DNA of 55,023 bases from Octopus bimaculoides (Eukaryota), in contig NC_068989.1 of NCBI RefSeq assembly GCF_001194135.2, forward strand, positions 83,395,631-83,450,653, in the 5' to 3' direction. Each line of letters begins with the position of its first letter. The stretch's first letter is position 1. The notes beneath the pieces were generated by a model that was not told where the DNA came from, did not search any database, and saw only the letters and a program-made list of their open reading frames with translations. The position numbers and the translations under genes are program-made. This document shows, in pieces, positions 13,331 to 24,900 of this stretch.

Positions 13331-13731
13331 TCATTGGGATAATTTCTTGTCCAACTTTAAGATATTTGATATGAGGGTGTGGTTGTGTTTAAAGCTGAGA
13401 ATCCATGTCTATCCAACTGTTAATCTGATTATCTCTGTGGGGTGGGGGCGAGGTGGATTTAATCCAACAATTCAATACTTAAACGCAGTAAGAATTTTAT
13501 GCTACAGTTTCATGCTACGACATCGCCAGAACCACACGCTGCATCTGAACGCCCCACTACCACACTGAAACCCTACACACCCCGACATCTCAATGCTGCC
13601 AAACCTACACACGCCAGCACAAAAGACAACCACACCATTACACCGCATAAGCACATCCTCAGATCACATAACCGATCACACTACATTCCTACCACGTTCC
13701 TTATAACCACACCCATTTACTATAAATCCAC

Positions 13732-14129
13732 AGTGGCTGTGTGGTAAGTAGCTTGCTTACCAACCACATGATTCCGGGTTCAGTCCCACTCCGTGGAACC
13801 TTGGGCAAGTGTCTTCTACTATAGCCTCGGGCCGACCAAAGCCTTGTGAGTGGATTTGGTAGACGGAAACTGAAAGAAGCCCGTCGTATATATGCATATG
13901 TATATATGTGTGTTTGTGTGTCTGTGTTTGTCCCCCAACATCGCTTGACAACCGATGCTGGTGTGTTTACGTCCCCGTAACTTAGCGGTTCGGCAAAGGG
14001 GGCGATAGAATAAGTACTAGGCTTAGAAAGAATAAGTCCTGGGGTCGATTTGCTCGACAAAAGGCGGTGCTCCAGCATGGCCGCAGTCAAATGACTGAGA
14101 CAAGTAAAAGTGTAAAGAGCAAGAGTAAA
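13732..14129 (+). mobile_element. SINE family A, near full-length young copy
   Basis: A-box TGGCTGTGTGG, B-box GGTTCAGTCCC, CCTTGGGCAAGT CORE-like motif, internal (TA)(TG), AAAAG-type tail. Confidence 0.95.
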
Positions 14130-14778
14130 CCAATACGCGGTCGGTCACCCGACCAGAAATAGCAGCAAAGTTATTTTCAAATGGAATAACTCAGTGGATA
14201 TTATTATCTCAGATACACTCTGCCAAATTAAAAGACGAGATGGTCATGGCTAGAGAGCAACAGATCATGTCCGCCATTAAGCCTGACTTGAGGTAGAACC
14301 ATCAACGGATACCCAACTGCGCTGCCCCACTTACATTTCTCCTATCACATCTGGTCTCCCTCAGGAAGATATTCGATACTATAATTATGCATTAATAAGG
14401 AGAGGCACGAAGAAAATATTGAATATGTGGGGGAAAAAACCCTAACAAAACTAAGCAAAGAAGCACCATCTAGTTTAATACCGGTCTATATAGCATGGAC
14501 CTAGAAGTCAATATATTTCAGTTCCTGGTAATTGAACATGTTTCCATAACGCATAAATATCAGAAAATATTCAATAGGAATACTGTTTAAGTTAGCAACA
14601 GCTGCTTCAAGACACAAAATCATAAAATCAGAGAAATATCCCAAATATTAAAATGCAATTTCAGAAATTTACGTTCTATCTACAGCTGAAATATTCAATT
14701 CTCTATGTTGATGCATGTTTTGAGATCTCTCCACTTCCTGCTCTTCCTCCTCCTCCTCATTTGTTCGACACACGTCAA

Positions 14779-15001
14779 TATCCAGATAAAATTTTCATGA
14801 ACCGCAGTGAAAATGTTTGTACTCTTTTCGACATCTCGATTCCGTTTGACGAAAGCATTGCCTGAACTGAGATGGAGAATCTGTTCGAGTACAAGTTGTC
14901 ACATTTATAGAACACTCAACGACAGCTCTCAATGTTACACTCTCCAAAAGACAGTTCTCTTAAGCACAGCCCACATCCTATACAAGACACTTTCAATTCA
15001 A
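14779..15001 (+). mobile_element. Decayed 3' end of an R4/Dong-like non-LTR retrotransposon (restriction-like endonuclease region)
   Basis: Broken frames read PDKIFMNRSENVCTLFDISIPFD and LQKTVLLSTAHILYKTLSI, matching from memory the RLE-clade PD...D.S.P.D and LQK..LL.TAHIL C-terminal pattern. Confidence 0.7.
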
Positions 15002-15117
15002 TATCACAACTCAAAAGGTACCCTCTCTACACACAATATATTCCTCATGCAATTAACCCCACCCCTCATTAACACATAATGAGCAAAAATACTACCAAAA
15101 TCTATAACACAATAGAG

Positions 15118-15417
15118 CAGCGGTTACCAAACATTTTGCAGCGGAGACTGGTTTCATGTGAAACAGTTTTTCCACGGACCAGGGAATCATTTTCACAACA
15201 AAACACAATAAAGTGCATATTGTATAAATTAATTGTTACATATAATATACATATATATATATATATTATATATATATATATTATATATATAATATATATA
15301 ATGCAAAAACAACTTGCAGTCTTCGATAGTCAGTAAAATAGAAATGATTTTTTTAAATTTATGCTTTCTTCGCGGCCCGCTACCAAATAATCTGCAACTC
15401 GGTGGTTGGGATTTCTA
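15118..15417. mobile_element. Degenerate hAT-type non-autonomous element (MITE)
   Basis: Left end CAGCGGTTACCAAAC, right end GCGGCCCG...GGTGGTTGGGATTTCT resembles hAT TIR CAGnGGTCCCCAAC; AT-rich centre. Confidence 0.55.
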
Positions 15418-16033
15418 TTATTGAGAATAATCACAACACATCCTTTTATATACTTGTCACCCTATACTATCAAACACACCCCACATAACACAATCTACAC
15501 AACTACCACACATCAATGGGTGCAGAACACACACACACACACACACGCACGCACAACCCTATGCTGCCCAGATTCACCGTTCGACACTAAAACTCGTAAC
15601 ATTAATCACGCAATGCATTCGAAACATTAACACGCCAAAGGAAAACCCTACAACTCAATATGGCATTCGGCCATAACACAGCTAACAAAAATCCTTAAAA
15701 CAATACCAGGCACAACAAAACAAAACAGCTGACGCAAACAAAAAAACGCCTTTCTGAATTCTCAATGATGCACAGATCTGAGCAGCATGGAGGGGCACTT
15801 GATGAGGCAGCAGAAATTTGTAAAAAAACATTTGAAAACATTAATGATGATAATAAGGATGATGGTTTTCCCTACCGGACTTGAGTTTCTTGTTGAAAGG
15901 TAACTTAAGATTCACATACCTGGAAAAAAGAGAAAAAAATATTCAGTCAATCGGTTTATACGAACAGGAAAATTTACATATTTCAGCATATATACAATAT
16001 ATTTATATATATATTTTCGTCTGTCTTAATGTA

Positions 16034-16187
16034 CTGAGCTCAAATTCCGCTGAGGCCGACTTTGCCTTTCCTCCTTTCGGAGTCTATTCAATAAGTTATG
16101 CACTGGGGTCGATGTAATCGACTTAATCCCTTTGTCTGTCCTTATTTGTCCCCTCTATGTCTAGCCCCTTGTAGGCAATAAAGAAAC
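16034..16187 (+). mobile_element. SINE family B, 5'-truncated
   Basis: TCAAATTCCGCTGAGG..GACTTTGCCTTTC...CTGGGGTCGATGTAATCGAC...GGCAATAAAGAAA. Confidence 0.9.
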
Positions 16188-17209
16188 ATATATATACATA
16201 CATATATAAATCAAAATAAGCAACAAGGATATCCAAAAGTAATGCAGTACAATCGTTTCATACAACTCCATTTAATTGAATAATGCAATCATTATATCAA
16301 TTTAAAATGCAGAGCAATCCTGAGCTGCACAGAGACATAGAATTTAATTAAATTAGAACAAATGGACACATTACTGTAATTATACCTAAAATCTGCAAGA
16401 AGTTAAGGAGATAGACAAAGAACATGTTGCCTCTACTACAACATAGAAGTTAATAAATTGTCAAGAAGACTCTGCCTGTCACTGATTTTATTTGTTTTTA
16501 TAGGGTCAGTTTTAATTTATAGACTAGTTTATCAAACCTTGTATATCTAAGGCTGAGAGAATAAAGGGCATTTTCTGTTAGTTGTAGGGCTGAGAGAGCA
16601 GGCAGAAATCATAGTTGGTATAGTCATAAAAATCAGGAGGTTTGGTAAAGGAAAACTTAAAACAAGATGCTGGCTGACGGCTAAGGTAGTCGCCGAATAG
16701 CAGACCATTGATAATGAAACAGGGGAAATCTTATCATGTAGTACTATAGTTAAATGTTCTAAAACAATGCTGCTATATTGTATACAGATAAAGTTTATGG
16801 CTATTCAGAGAGTTATTAAGAAGAATATATTAACTAAAGGATAGAAATGTATGGATACTTTTGAGTATATACCAAACTTTTACCACAATAGAGAGAGGAA
16901 AAGAAAATTATTCAGAAATAGTTTAATATTTATACATATTGTACACTTAAATACTAACTCATCGGATGGTATCTGTGAATATTAATTGGTATATACTGGC
17001 ATTAATAAAGGGGTATTGAGGTAAAAGAACATTCAAATTATATATTAATAAAATTATAATCTAAGCAGTTTTTTTTTATATGTAGTGAATATACCAGTAT
17101 AGTTTTATATAAGCTAAGTATGAATTTATAGAGATTTGCTTAATTTTTATGAATAAATAAAGGTTAATTATAAATTAATAAATTTATATATATATACACA
17201 CATATATAT

Positions 17210-17261
<52 letters not shown>

Positions 17262-18229
17262 GTACATACAAATATCTTGCATTAAATATGTTTGCGTGTA
17301 CATTATTATATATTTAGTTTGTGATTTTACCATTCAGCAAACAACATTCAAGGTTATATTTTGCTGAGAATGTCTATAAAGAGCGAAACATGCTGGTAGT
17401 TTGTTTCCTGCACTTTAGAAAACATTCAAAGCAATATTACTTGTTATTGACAAATATTGCTTTTACTATACTACAATTTTATTTTCTATGCATTAAATAT
17501 TTTAACAAACAAATTATAGTAAAACTATGTTTCATAAATATATTTATTAAACGTCGTTGTAAATATGTTTACAAATTTCACCTCAATTTCACTGCGCTAG
17601 TAACGAGCTACATATGTACGATTCTCTCCGGGCAATTGATCCTACATTTCCTGCAAGGCTCAATCAATCGTAACAGGACATGATATAAAAATAAACACGG
17701 ATAACATACAGTAACCCCAGATAAAACATTTGTCTGATAACGTATCAGTCTATAAGTTTTAAACTTCAATTTCCGGCTGTTACGACTAACCAATCACATT
17801 TCTACTGTCTATTATAAAGAGGCTTCAAAACAGGCTGATATTACTGGAAAAGCAAAGGTCAAAAACATTGATGATGGACTTGGGATATTTACTTAGCAAA
17901 TAATCACGAAGGCTCTCTTACAAAAAGAAAGGAAACGAAATTGATAAAATGTGAAAGCGCCCTTGTATACGTGTACGTAAGTGTGTGAGCGTGCGTGTGT
18001 ATAAATTGCAAGCATCTACAAGTAAAATGAGGACCCAACGTTGCCTTATAGAGTTCATATGTTTGCTGTTAGCTGAGTGTTATGGTATCAGCAACTCATT
18101 GTAATGTGGGAAAAGTTAAGCATGATCAGATTATGCCTTTTATCAATTAGATTATCAAATATCCTTATACATCGCTGACCACGATGCGCTTCTATTCTTT
18201 CCTTGATTATGCCCTTTTTTCCGTTTGGG

Positions 18230-18420
18230 CCCAAAATGGCTGACTATGTCGTTTTCCTGTCGTCTTGGAGGTCTTCCGAGTGATCACTTCCGATCTCTTG
18301 TATACCGCTCGACAACTGCTGTTCTTTTAATCGCGACAAATGTCTTCCATTTTGCTCTTACACTGTACAAGATTTCAGCGTTCAGTTCTCAGCATATATT
18401 TACAGTCTCTTCTAAATAGA
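18230..18420 (-). mobile_element. Possible decayed transposase N-terminal fragment (Tc1/mariner-like)
   Basis: Stop-interrupted frame IC*ELNAEIL...SLGRPPRR loosely resembles an HTH followed by GRP; weak. Confidence 0.15.
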
Positions 18421-19093
18421 CGAACACATTTACCTCCTCAGTAAGCCAAATTTATAGTCGTAATTTTTGTTTCTATATTAAAAAATTGCAAATGATGATT
18501 GTTATTGGTTGCTGAGGGACTGGGTGGCGAGTGAAATCTGTGTGCGTGCATATATATATGAATGGCCTTTTAATAATTTTCGTACAAGAATAAATATATT
18601 CATGTGGTATTTTTATAGGAAAAGTTTGAAAATTTTATATATGTATGTGGAGTTGTTTTTTTTAAATATACAGGTGATACATTTAAATGTAGATTACTCT
18701 AACATTATTTTATTTTTATAATGTCATTCACGAGAATGTGTGCAGTTTAAACGGTGACTGTGGGCAGGTAGAAAGTAATTCACTTCGATAGTTCGAGATT
18801 TAAATGTGATTGGTATATCACATGTTTTTCAAGAATACATAGGGATTAACAAGGATTGATAGAATCTAATAATAATTTTTTAAAAAATTAAATATAAATT
18901 ATGCTTATGATTCTTAAATACATTGTATGAGTCAAGATAATGAGGAATCTTCTTTGCACACTCCTTAAAGTATAATTATGTTGGTGTTACCTAAGTTTAA
19001 ATGGGCTTGTCGTTAATGAGGTGTGAACTGTGTTCGGATTAACATCAAATTCTGACAGTCACTGAGCAAATAAGAATTTTTCTAGACACTTAC

Positions 19094-19148
19094 CATTGTC
19101 CGAACATAAATTTTTGCAATTGTTAGAGACACTTTGAAGTGTTGTCGA
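19094..19148 (-). CDS. Candidate 55-nt exon (STTLQSVSNNCKNLCSDN), phase 0-1
   Basis: Acceptor TTAACATCAATTTTTATAACAG, consensus donor ATG|GTAAGT, open frame. Confidence 0.3.
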
Positions 19149-19617
19149 CTGTTATAAAAATTGATGTTAATTACTTTCTGATAATAGATTGCAGTGTATA
19201 AGAGAAACTTGATAACATTGAAGATATATGTTTAAGTGAATAGTTTTTAATTATTTATGTCCATCAAGGAGATGCAATCTTTCAACTCGAAAGATCGCAT
19301 TACTATTTTTATGATTTTAGTATTAGGCTGTGCAGGGTTAGACCATTCAACCATTTCTATGAAAGTTATGTAGTCTAATTTAGCGTCATCGGCGGAGACG
19401 GTCTAAACTACAGTAAACACAGCGTTCGACCCTCAGGAGTGACACAACTTTTCCCGTCTTCTCTTATTTCTCGTCTATGTATGTATGTATGTATGTATCT
19501 ATCTCTGTATCAAGCAGCTACGGTGAAACATAAATTAGAGTTCCGCAGTTTTAGCTCTAAGTCATCTGATTACATTTATATTGTTCTATATCATTTTTGT
19601 CGTATTAAATGTAAAAT

Positions 19618-20003
19618 TGGCGCAGACATGGCAGTGTAGAAAGACGTTTGCTCCTCAACATCAGGGTCCCGGGTTCAGTTCAACTGTGTGGAACCTTGGG
19701 CAAGTGTCTCCTACTATAACCTCGGGCCAACCAAAGACTTGTGAGTGGATTTTAGTAGACGGAAACTGAAAGAAGCCCGTAAAATATACATATCTGTGTG
19801 CTTTCTCCTCCACTTCACAACTGATGTTGGTGTGTTTACGTCACTGCAAATTATCTGCCCGACACGAGAGTTTGATAGAATAAGTATCAGGTTAAAAAAG
19901 AAAGAAAATAAGCTCTTGGGTCTATTCGTTCGACTAATATTCTTCAAGGCGACGCCCCAGCATGGCTACAGTCTAATGACTGACACAAATAGAAGATAAA
20001 AAG
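19618..20003 (+). mobile_element. SINE family A, old diverged full-length copy
   Basis: Head, CCTTGGGCAAGTGTC, GACGGAAACTGAAAGAAGCCCGT and tail all recognisable. Confidence 0.85.
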
Positions 20004-20732
20004 AAATACTTATCCTTGGTTAATTAACAGCAGACTGAAATATGTGTGCCCCCACCCTAGTTTTATATTTTGAAAGGTGAAAGGAAAGTATATGCTTGTG
20101 CACATTCGGGAGCGAGAGAGTACGTAGATGTGTGTGTGTGTGTGTGNNNNNNNNNNNNNNNNNNNNNNNNNNNNNNNNNNNNNNNNNNNNNNNNNNNNNN
20201 NNNNNNNNNNNNNNNNNNNNNNNNNNNNNNNNNNNNNNNNNNNNNNNNNNNNNNNNNNNNNNNNNNNNNNNNNNNNNNNNNNNNNNNNNNNNNNNNNNNN
20301 NNNNNNNNNNNNNNNNNNNNNNNNNNNNNNNNNNNNNNNNNNNNNNNNNNNNNNNNNNNNNNNNNNNNNNNNNNNNNNNNNNNNNNNNNNNNNNNNNNNN
20401 NNNNNNNNNNNNNNNNNNNNNNNNNNNNNNNNNNNNNNNNNNNNNNNNNNNNNNNNNNNNNNNNNNNNNNNNNNNNNNNNNNNNNNNNNNNNNNNNNNNN
20501 NNNNNNNNNNNNNNNNNNNNNNNNNNNNNNNNNNNNNNNNNNNNNNNNNNNNNNNNNNNNNNNNNNNNNNNNNNNNNNNNNNNNNNNNNNNNNNNNNNNN
20601 NNNNNNNNNNNNNNNNNNNNNNNNNNNNNNNNNNNNNNNNNNNNNNNNNNNNNNNNNNNNATTAGAAGAAAAATTAAAAACCAAGACAGAACGAGTATCT
20701 CAATTTATTTATTAGGGTAATGTGAATATGAA

Positions 20733-20770
20733 GTCTTACAGCCGTTTCTGGGCATGCCGTCATCAGAGAC
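20733..20770 (-). ncRNA. Minimal type I hammerhead-ribozyme motif (Penelope/retrozyme-like)
   Basis: GUCU-CUGAUGA-C-GGCAUGCC-CA-GAA-ACGGCUGU-A-AGAC: helix I GUCU/AGAC, core CUGAUGA and GAAA, predicted GUA cleavage triplet. Confidence 0.55.
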
Positions 20771-20877
20771 AAGGTGTGAATATTTTAGACAGGGAAAATT
20801 TACAGTTTAGCTGTGATCTTGGAACCTAACAGCGTACCTGTTCGTTTAGATAACAACTGAACTAAAGCTATTGTGTA

Positions 20878-20925
<48 letters not shown>

Positions 20926-20942
20926 TGTGTGTGAGTGTGTGT

Positions 20943-21088
20943 TATTTTATTCTTCATTCTTTTATTTGTTTCAGTCATTAGTCGAAAAGATGGACCCCAG
21001 AACTTATTATTTGTAAGCCTAGTACTTGTTCTATCATTCGCTTTTACCGAACCGCCACGTAACGGGGACATAAACACACCAACATCGC
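20943..21088 (-). mobile_element. SINE family A, 3' half
   Basis: Reverse complement of the tail and downstream domain. Confidence 0.8.
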
Positions 21089-21400
21089 TTTTACTCTAAT
21101 TCATTCTCTTTCGCACACTCACTTTTACTTCCATATTTACTTCTTTTTGCTTCACACCTCTCTCTACCACACATTATGCATTAAGTCCTTCAACCTTCAT
21201 CTATCTGCTCGCTATCTATCTATCTATCTATCTATCTACCATATCTATTCTATATCTGTGAATATCCAGATAAAATACTGGTGGTGTAAAATGAGTAGAC
21301 GTGGATTCAATGTACACAGAAATCACTTTGGGTTGAAAGAACAAGATTTTTGTCGTCCATGGATGATAATCTCCCACCACCACTACCACCAACACCAAAT

Positions 21401-21434
21401 CTGATGTACGACCAGCTCTGATGTACGACCAGCT
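21401..21434. repeat. Perfect 17-bp tandem duplication CTGATGTACGACCAGCT x2
   Basis: Direct inspection. Confidence 0.95.
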
Positions 21435-21460
21435 CCCACCGAGACACCATCTAGCATATT

Positions 21461-21594
21461 CACTCACTAGACATCGGTCGGTCCGAAACCTATTGTAGAA
21501 GACACTTGCCCAAGGGTGCCACGCATTGGAACTGAACCCAAAACCACGTGGTTGTAAAGCGAACTTCTTAGCCACATGGCCATGTGTGTGCCTA
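21461..21594 (-). mobile_element. SINE family A, 5' half
   Basis: GAAGACACTTGCCCAAGG...GAACTGAACCC...; same orientation as 20943-21088. Confidence 0.8.
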
Positions 21595-21777
21595 TATACT
21601 ACACATGTTTTGTTCCGATTTACGCTTCACCTAGAAATCACAACCAACAATGAAGAAGCGAAAATGTTCTACCAATATCTAGAAAAAAAAAAACAATTGG
21701 CGAAAAAAAGAAGCGTAAAGTAATTATGATTGAAATTGAGAAAGAAACTATTATATGGGATGGTCACTTGGAAAGGG

Positions 21778-22158
21778 TGGAGGCGCAATGGCCCAGTTGT
21801 TAGGGCAGCGGACTCGCGGTCATAGGATCGCGGTTTCGATTCCCAGACCGGACGTTGTGAGTGTTTATTGAGCGAAAACACCTAAAGCTCCACGAGGCTC
21901 CGGCAGGGGATGGTGGCGAACCCTGCTGTACTCTTCCACCACAACTTTCTCTCACTCTTACTTCCTGTTTCTGTTGTGCCTGTAATTCAAAGGGTCAGCC
22001 TTGTCACACTGTGTCACACTGAATCTCCTCGAGAACTACGTTAAGGGTACACGTGTCTGTGTACTGGTCAGCCACTTGCACGTTAATTTCACGAGCAGGC
22101 TGTTCCGTTGATCGGATCAACTGGAACCCTCGACGTCGTAAGTGACGGAGTGCCAACA
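21778..22158 (+). mobile_element. SINE family C, full-length, with 11-bp TSD ACTTGGAAAGG
   Basis: tRNA-like head (TGGCCCAGTTG / GGTTTCGATTCC), CAACAAC tail; TSD at 21766-21776 and 22159-22169. Confidence 0.95.
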
Positions 22159-22353
22159 ACTTGGAAAGGAAGAATTGGTAAATATAGGTTGGATATAACT
22201 AACAACTGGTGGTTAAGATTATTAGAGATTGTACAGCAACACAAAATAATAATAGCTAACCCCATACATCAGCAAAAATCCCTCTGAACAATAGCATGGA
22301 ATTGCTGCAGATCGATTATGTTTTCGTCCCCAAATTAATATAAATGTAGGTAA

Positions 22354-22586
22354 TGGTGGTGAGCTGGTAGAATCGTTAGCGCGCCGGGCGAAATGCTTAG
22401 CGGTATTTCGTCTGCGGTTAAGTTCTGTGTTCAAATTCCGCCGAGGTCAACTTTGCCTTTCATTCTTTCGGGGTTGATTAAATAAGCACCAGTTGCGCAC
22501 TGGGATCGATGTGATTGACTTGATCCCTTTGTCTGTCCTTGTTTGTCCCCTCTACGTTAAGCCCCCTGTGGGCAATAAAGTAATAT
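22354..22586 (+). mobile_element. SINE family B, full-length, with 16-bp TSD ATATAAATGTAGGTAA
   Basis: TSD at 22338-22353 and 22587-22602; GTTCAAATTCC B-box; CTTTCATnCTTTCGGGGT.GAT.AA.TAAG domain. Confidence 0.95.
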
Positions 22587-22681
22587 ATATAAATGTAGGT
22601 AAAAATCGACACACACACACACACACAAACAGAGGCAGCAATCAGAAGCATTTAATAAAAACAAATACCTAGCTCAAATCC

Positions 22682-22719
<38 letters not shown>

Positions 22720-22753
22720 GCACACACAGTCGACAGACAAACAGAAAGGTTGC

Positions 22754-22798
<45 letters not shown>

Positions 22799-22808
22799 NN
22801 NNNNNNNN

Positions 22809-22851
<43 letters not shown>

Positions 22852-23228
22852 TGAAAAAAAGACAGACAGACAGAGTAGCATTTTAAAAAAGAACGTAGAT
22901 ACATCCACAAACGCATAAACAAACAATCCTCATCTCAGATAAACAGCTGTGATGGTGCGGAGTGCACCATGATAAATACATCAATCATAAGAGAAAATAT
23001 TTATCAAAATACATTGAAAACGAAATGATGAATGGTCGAATAAATTAACGGTAGACAGCAACAATATCATCACAATCTGTATAATTGTTTGTGGCTAATG
23101 CCCACAGTTTTAGGAGACACAATTCCAGTGGCCACAGGTATCAGTACTAATATTTGCTGATCAATCAGGCATGACAAGACTGCGACCATTATAGTGACAG
23201 GGGTTTGGCGAATATATATACACGTTAA

Positions 23229-23637
23229 GGCGGCGCGCTGGCAGAAACGTTAGCACGCTGGGCGAAATGCTTAGCAGTATTTCGTCTGCCGTTATGTTCT
23301 GAGTTCAAATTCCACCGAGATCGACTTTGCGTTTCATCCTTTTGTGGGTCGATAAATTAAGTACCAGTTACGCACTGGGGTCGATGTAATCGACTTAATC
23401 CCTTTGTCTGTCCTTGTTTGTCCCCTCTATGTTTAGCCCCTTGTGGGCAATAAAGAAATAAGAAACGTTAGCACGCCGGGCGAAATGCTTAGCGGCATTT
23501 CGTCTGTCCTTATGTTCTGAGTACAAATTCAGCCGAGGTCGACTTTGCCGTTCATCCTTTCGGGGTTGATAAATTAAGTACCAGTTGCGTACTGAGGTTA
23601 ATCTAATCGGGCCTTGTACCTAGAGTAGAAAAGAATT
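23229..23637 (+). mobile_element. SINE family B, head-to-tail dimer
   Basis: First unit 23229-23460; second unit restarts at AGAAACGTTAGCACG (23461) and has a different 3' end. Confidence 0.9.
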
Positions 23638-24056
23638 TATAGCAAAGNNNNNNNNNNNNNNNNNNNNNNNNNNNNNNNNNNNNNNNNNNNNNNNNNNNNN
23701 NNNNNNNNNNNNNNNNNNNNNNNNNNNNNNNNNNNNNNNNNNNNNNNNNNNNNNNNNNNNNNNNNNNNNNNNNNNNNNNNNNNNNNNNNNNNNNNNNNNN
23801 NNNNNNNNNNNNNNNNNNNNNNNNNNNNNNNNNNNNNNNNNNNNNNNNNNNNNNNNNNNNNNNNNNNNNNNNNNNNNNNNNNNNNNNNNNNNNNNNNNNN
23901 NNNNNNNNNNNNNNNNNNNNNNNNNNNNNNNNNNNNNNNNNNNNNNNNNNNNNNNNNNNNNNNNNNNNNNNNNNNNNNNNNNNNNNNNNNNNNNNNNNNN
24001 NNNNNNNNNNNNNNNNNNNNNNNNNNNNNTGTTTTGTATTTATATATGCATACTGT

Positions 24057-24201
24057 TTTACTCTTACTTGTTTCAGTCATTTGACAGCGGCCATGCTGGA
24101 GAGCCGCCTTTAGTCGAGCAAATTCGACCCCGGGGCTTATTCTTTGTAAGCCTGGTACTTATTCTATCGGACTCTTTTTTGCCGAACCGCTAAGTGACGG
24201 G
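24057..24201 (-). mobile_element. SINE family A, 3' fragment
   Basis: TTACTTGTTTCAGTCATTTGAC.GCGGCCATGCTGG...GCCGAACCGCTAAG. Confidence 0.9.
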
Positions 24202-24441
24202 TAAAAGGGTATGTATGTATGTATGTATGTAGGAATGAGTGAACAAACGAAGGAAAGAGGCAGTCAACACGTTTGGTAAGTGTACGTTTATGTATTTAAT
24301 AACAGTTTGCTTCGTCTTCATGCAACTATATAGGCTCGTCGCACGAACGTAGCTCCTCAGACTTCTGTAACCGAATGCGTGAATATATATGTGTGTGTAT
24401 ATATCTGTGTGAGTCTGTATATATCTGTGTGAGTCTGTATA

Positions 24442-24501
<60 letters not shown>

Positions 24502-24802
24502 CATAGCAGGAGAGACAAAGAAAAACAGAAGGTGATTGATTGATTTATACGTAAACCTAATTCACGTAGCGATAAAATAAAATTTAATATACAGAATAAA
24601 AGAAACCTAATTCATCATGTTTATTACAATGTGATCGATATATCATAGTTATATGTTTAGGTTATGTAATTAACCCTTTATTTTTATCTTTTTTTTGTTC
24701 TGAATTTCCTGAATCCCTTCCTATAAAAGCCAATCTACTGTGTTCATGGCATCGATATTAAAGAGTAAACAGCGCTGCATTAGTCATTCGTAAATTGCTT
24801 AC

Positions 24803-24900
24803 TTGCAGCCACTCATGGACGACATTTGCAGAAGACATCAACCGGCTTGTGATGTCGTTGATGACAACTGGAGCATTGAATGCAGTTTTACAAAGGGAAT
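24803..24900 (-). CDS. Candidate 98-nt exon (SLCKTAFNAPVVINDITSRLMSSANVVHEWLQ), phase 1-0
   Basis: TAG acceptor, strong donor CAA|GTAAGC, phase-compatible with 19094-19148; a plus-strand reading is also possible. Confidence 0.3.

Noticed and set aside
13732-13800. tRNA-like A/B-box sequences here and at 21780, 22355, 23230, 35699 and 53578
   Set aside because: They continue into SINE bodies, several with TSDs, and do not give a full cloverleaf; they are SINE heads, not tRNA genes
16330-17150. AT-rich stretch with coding-like texture and faint GIY-YIG/Penelope-like words (YIP, VYTG, VKEH)
   Set aside because: Too degenerate to assign by eye; needs tBLASTn against Penelope ORFs
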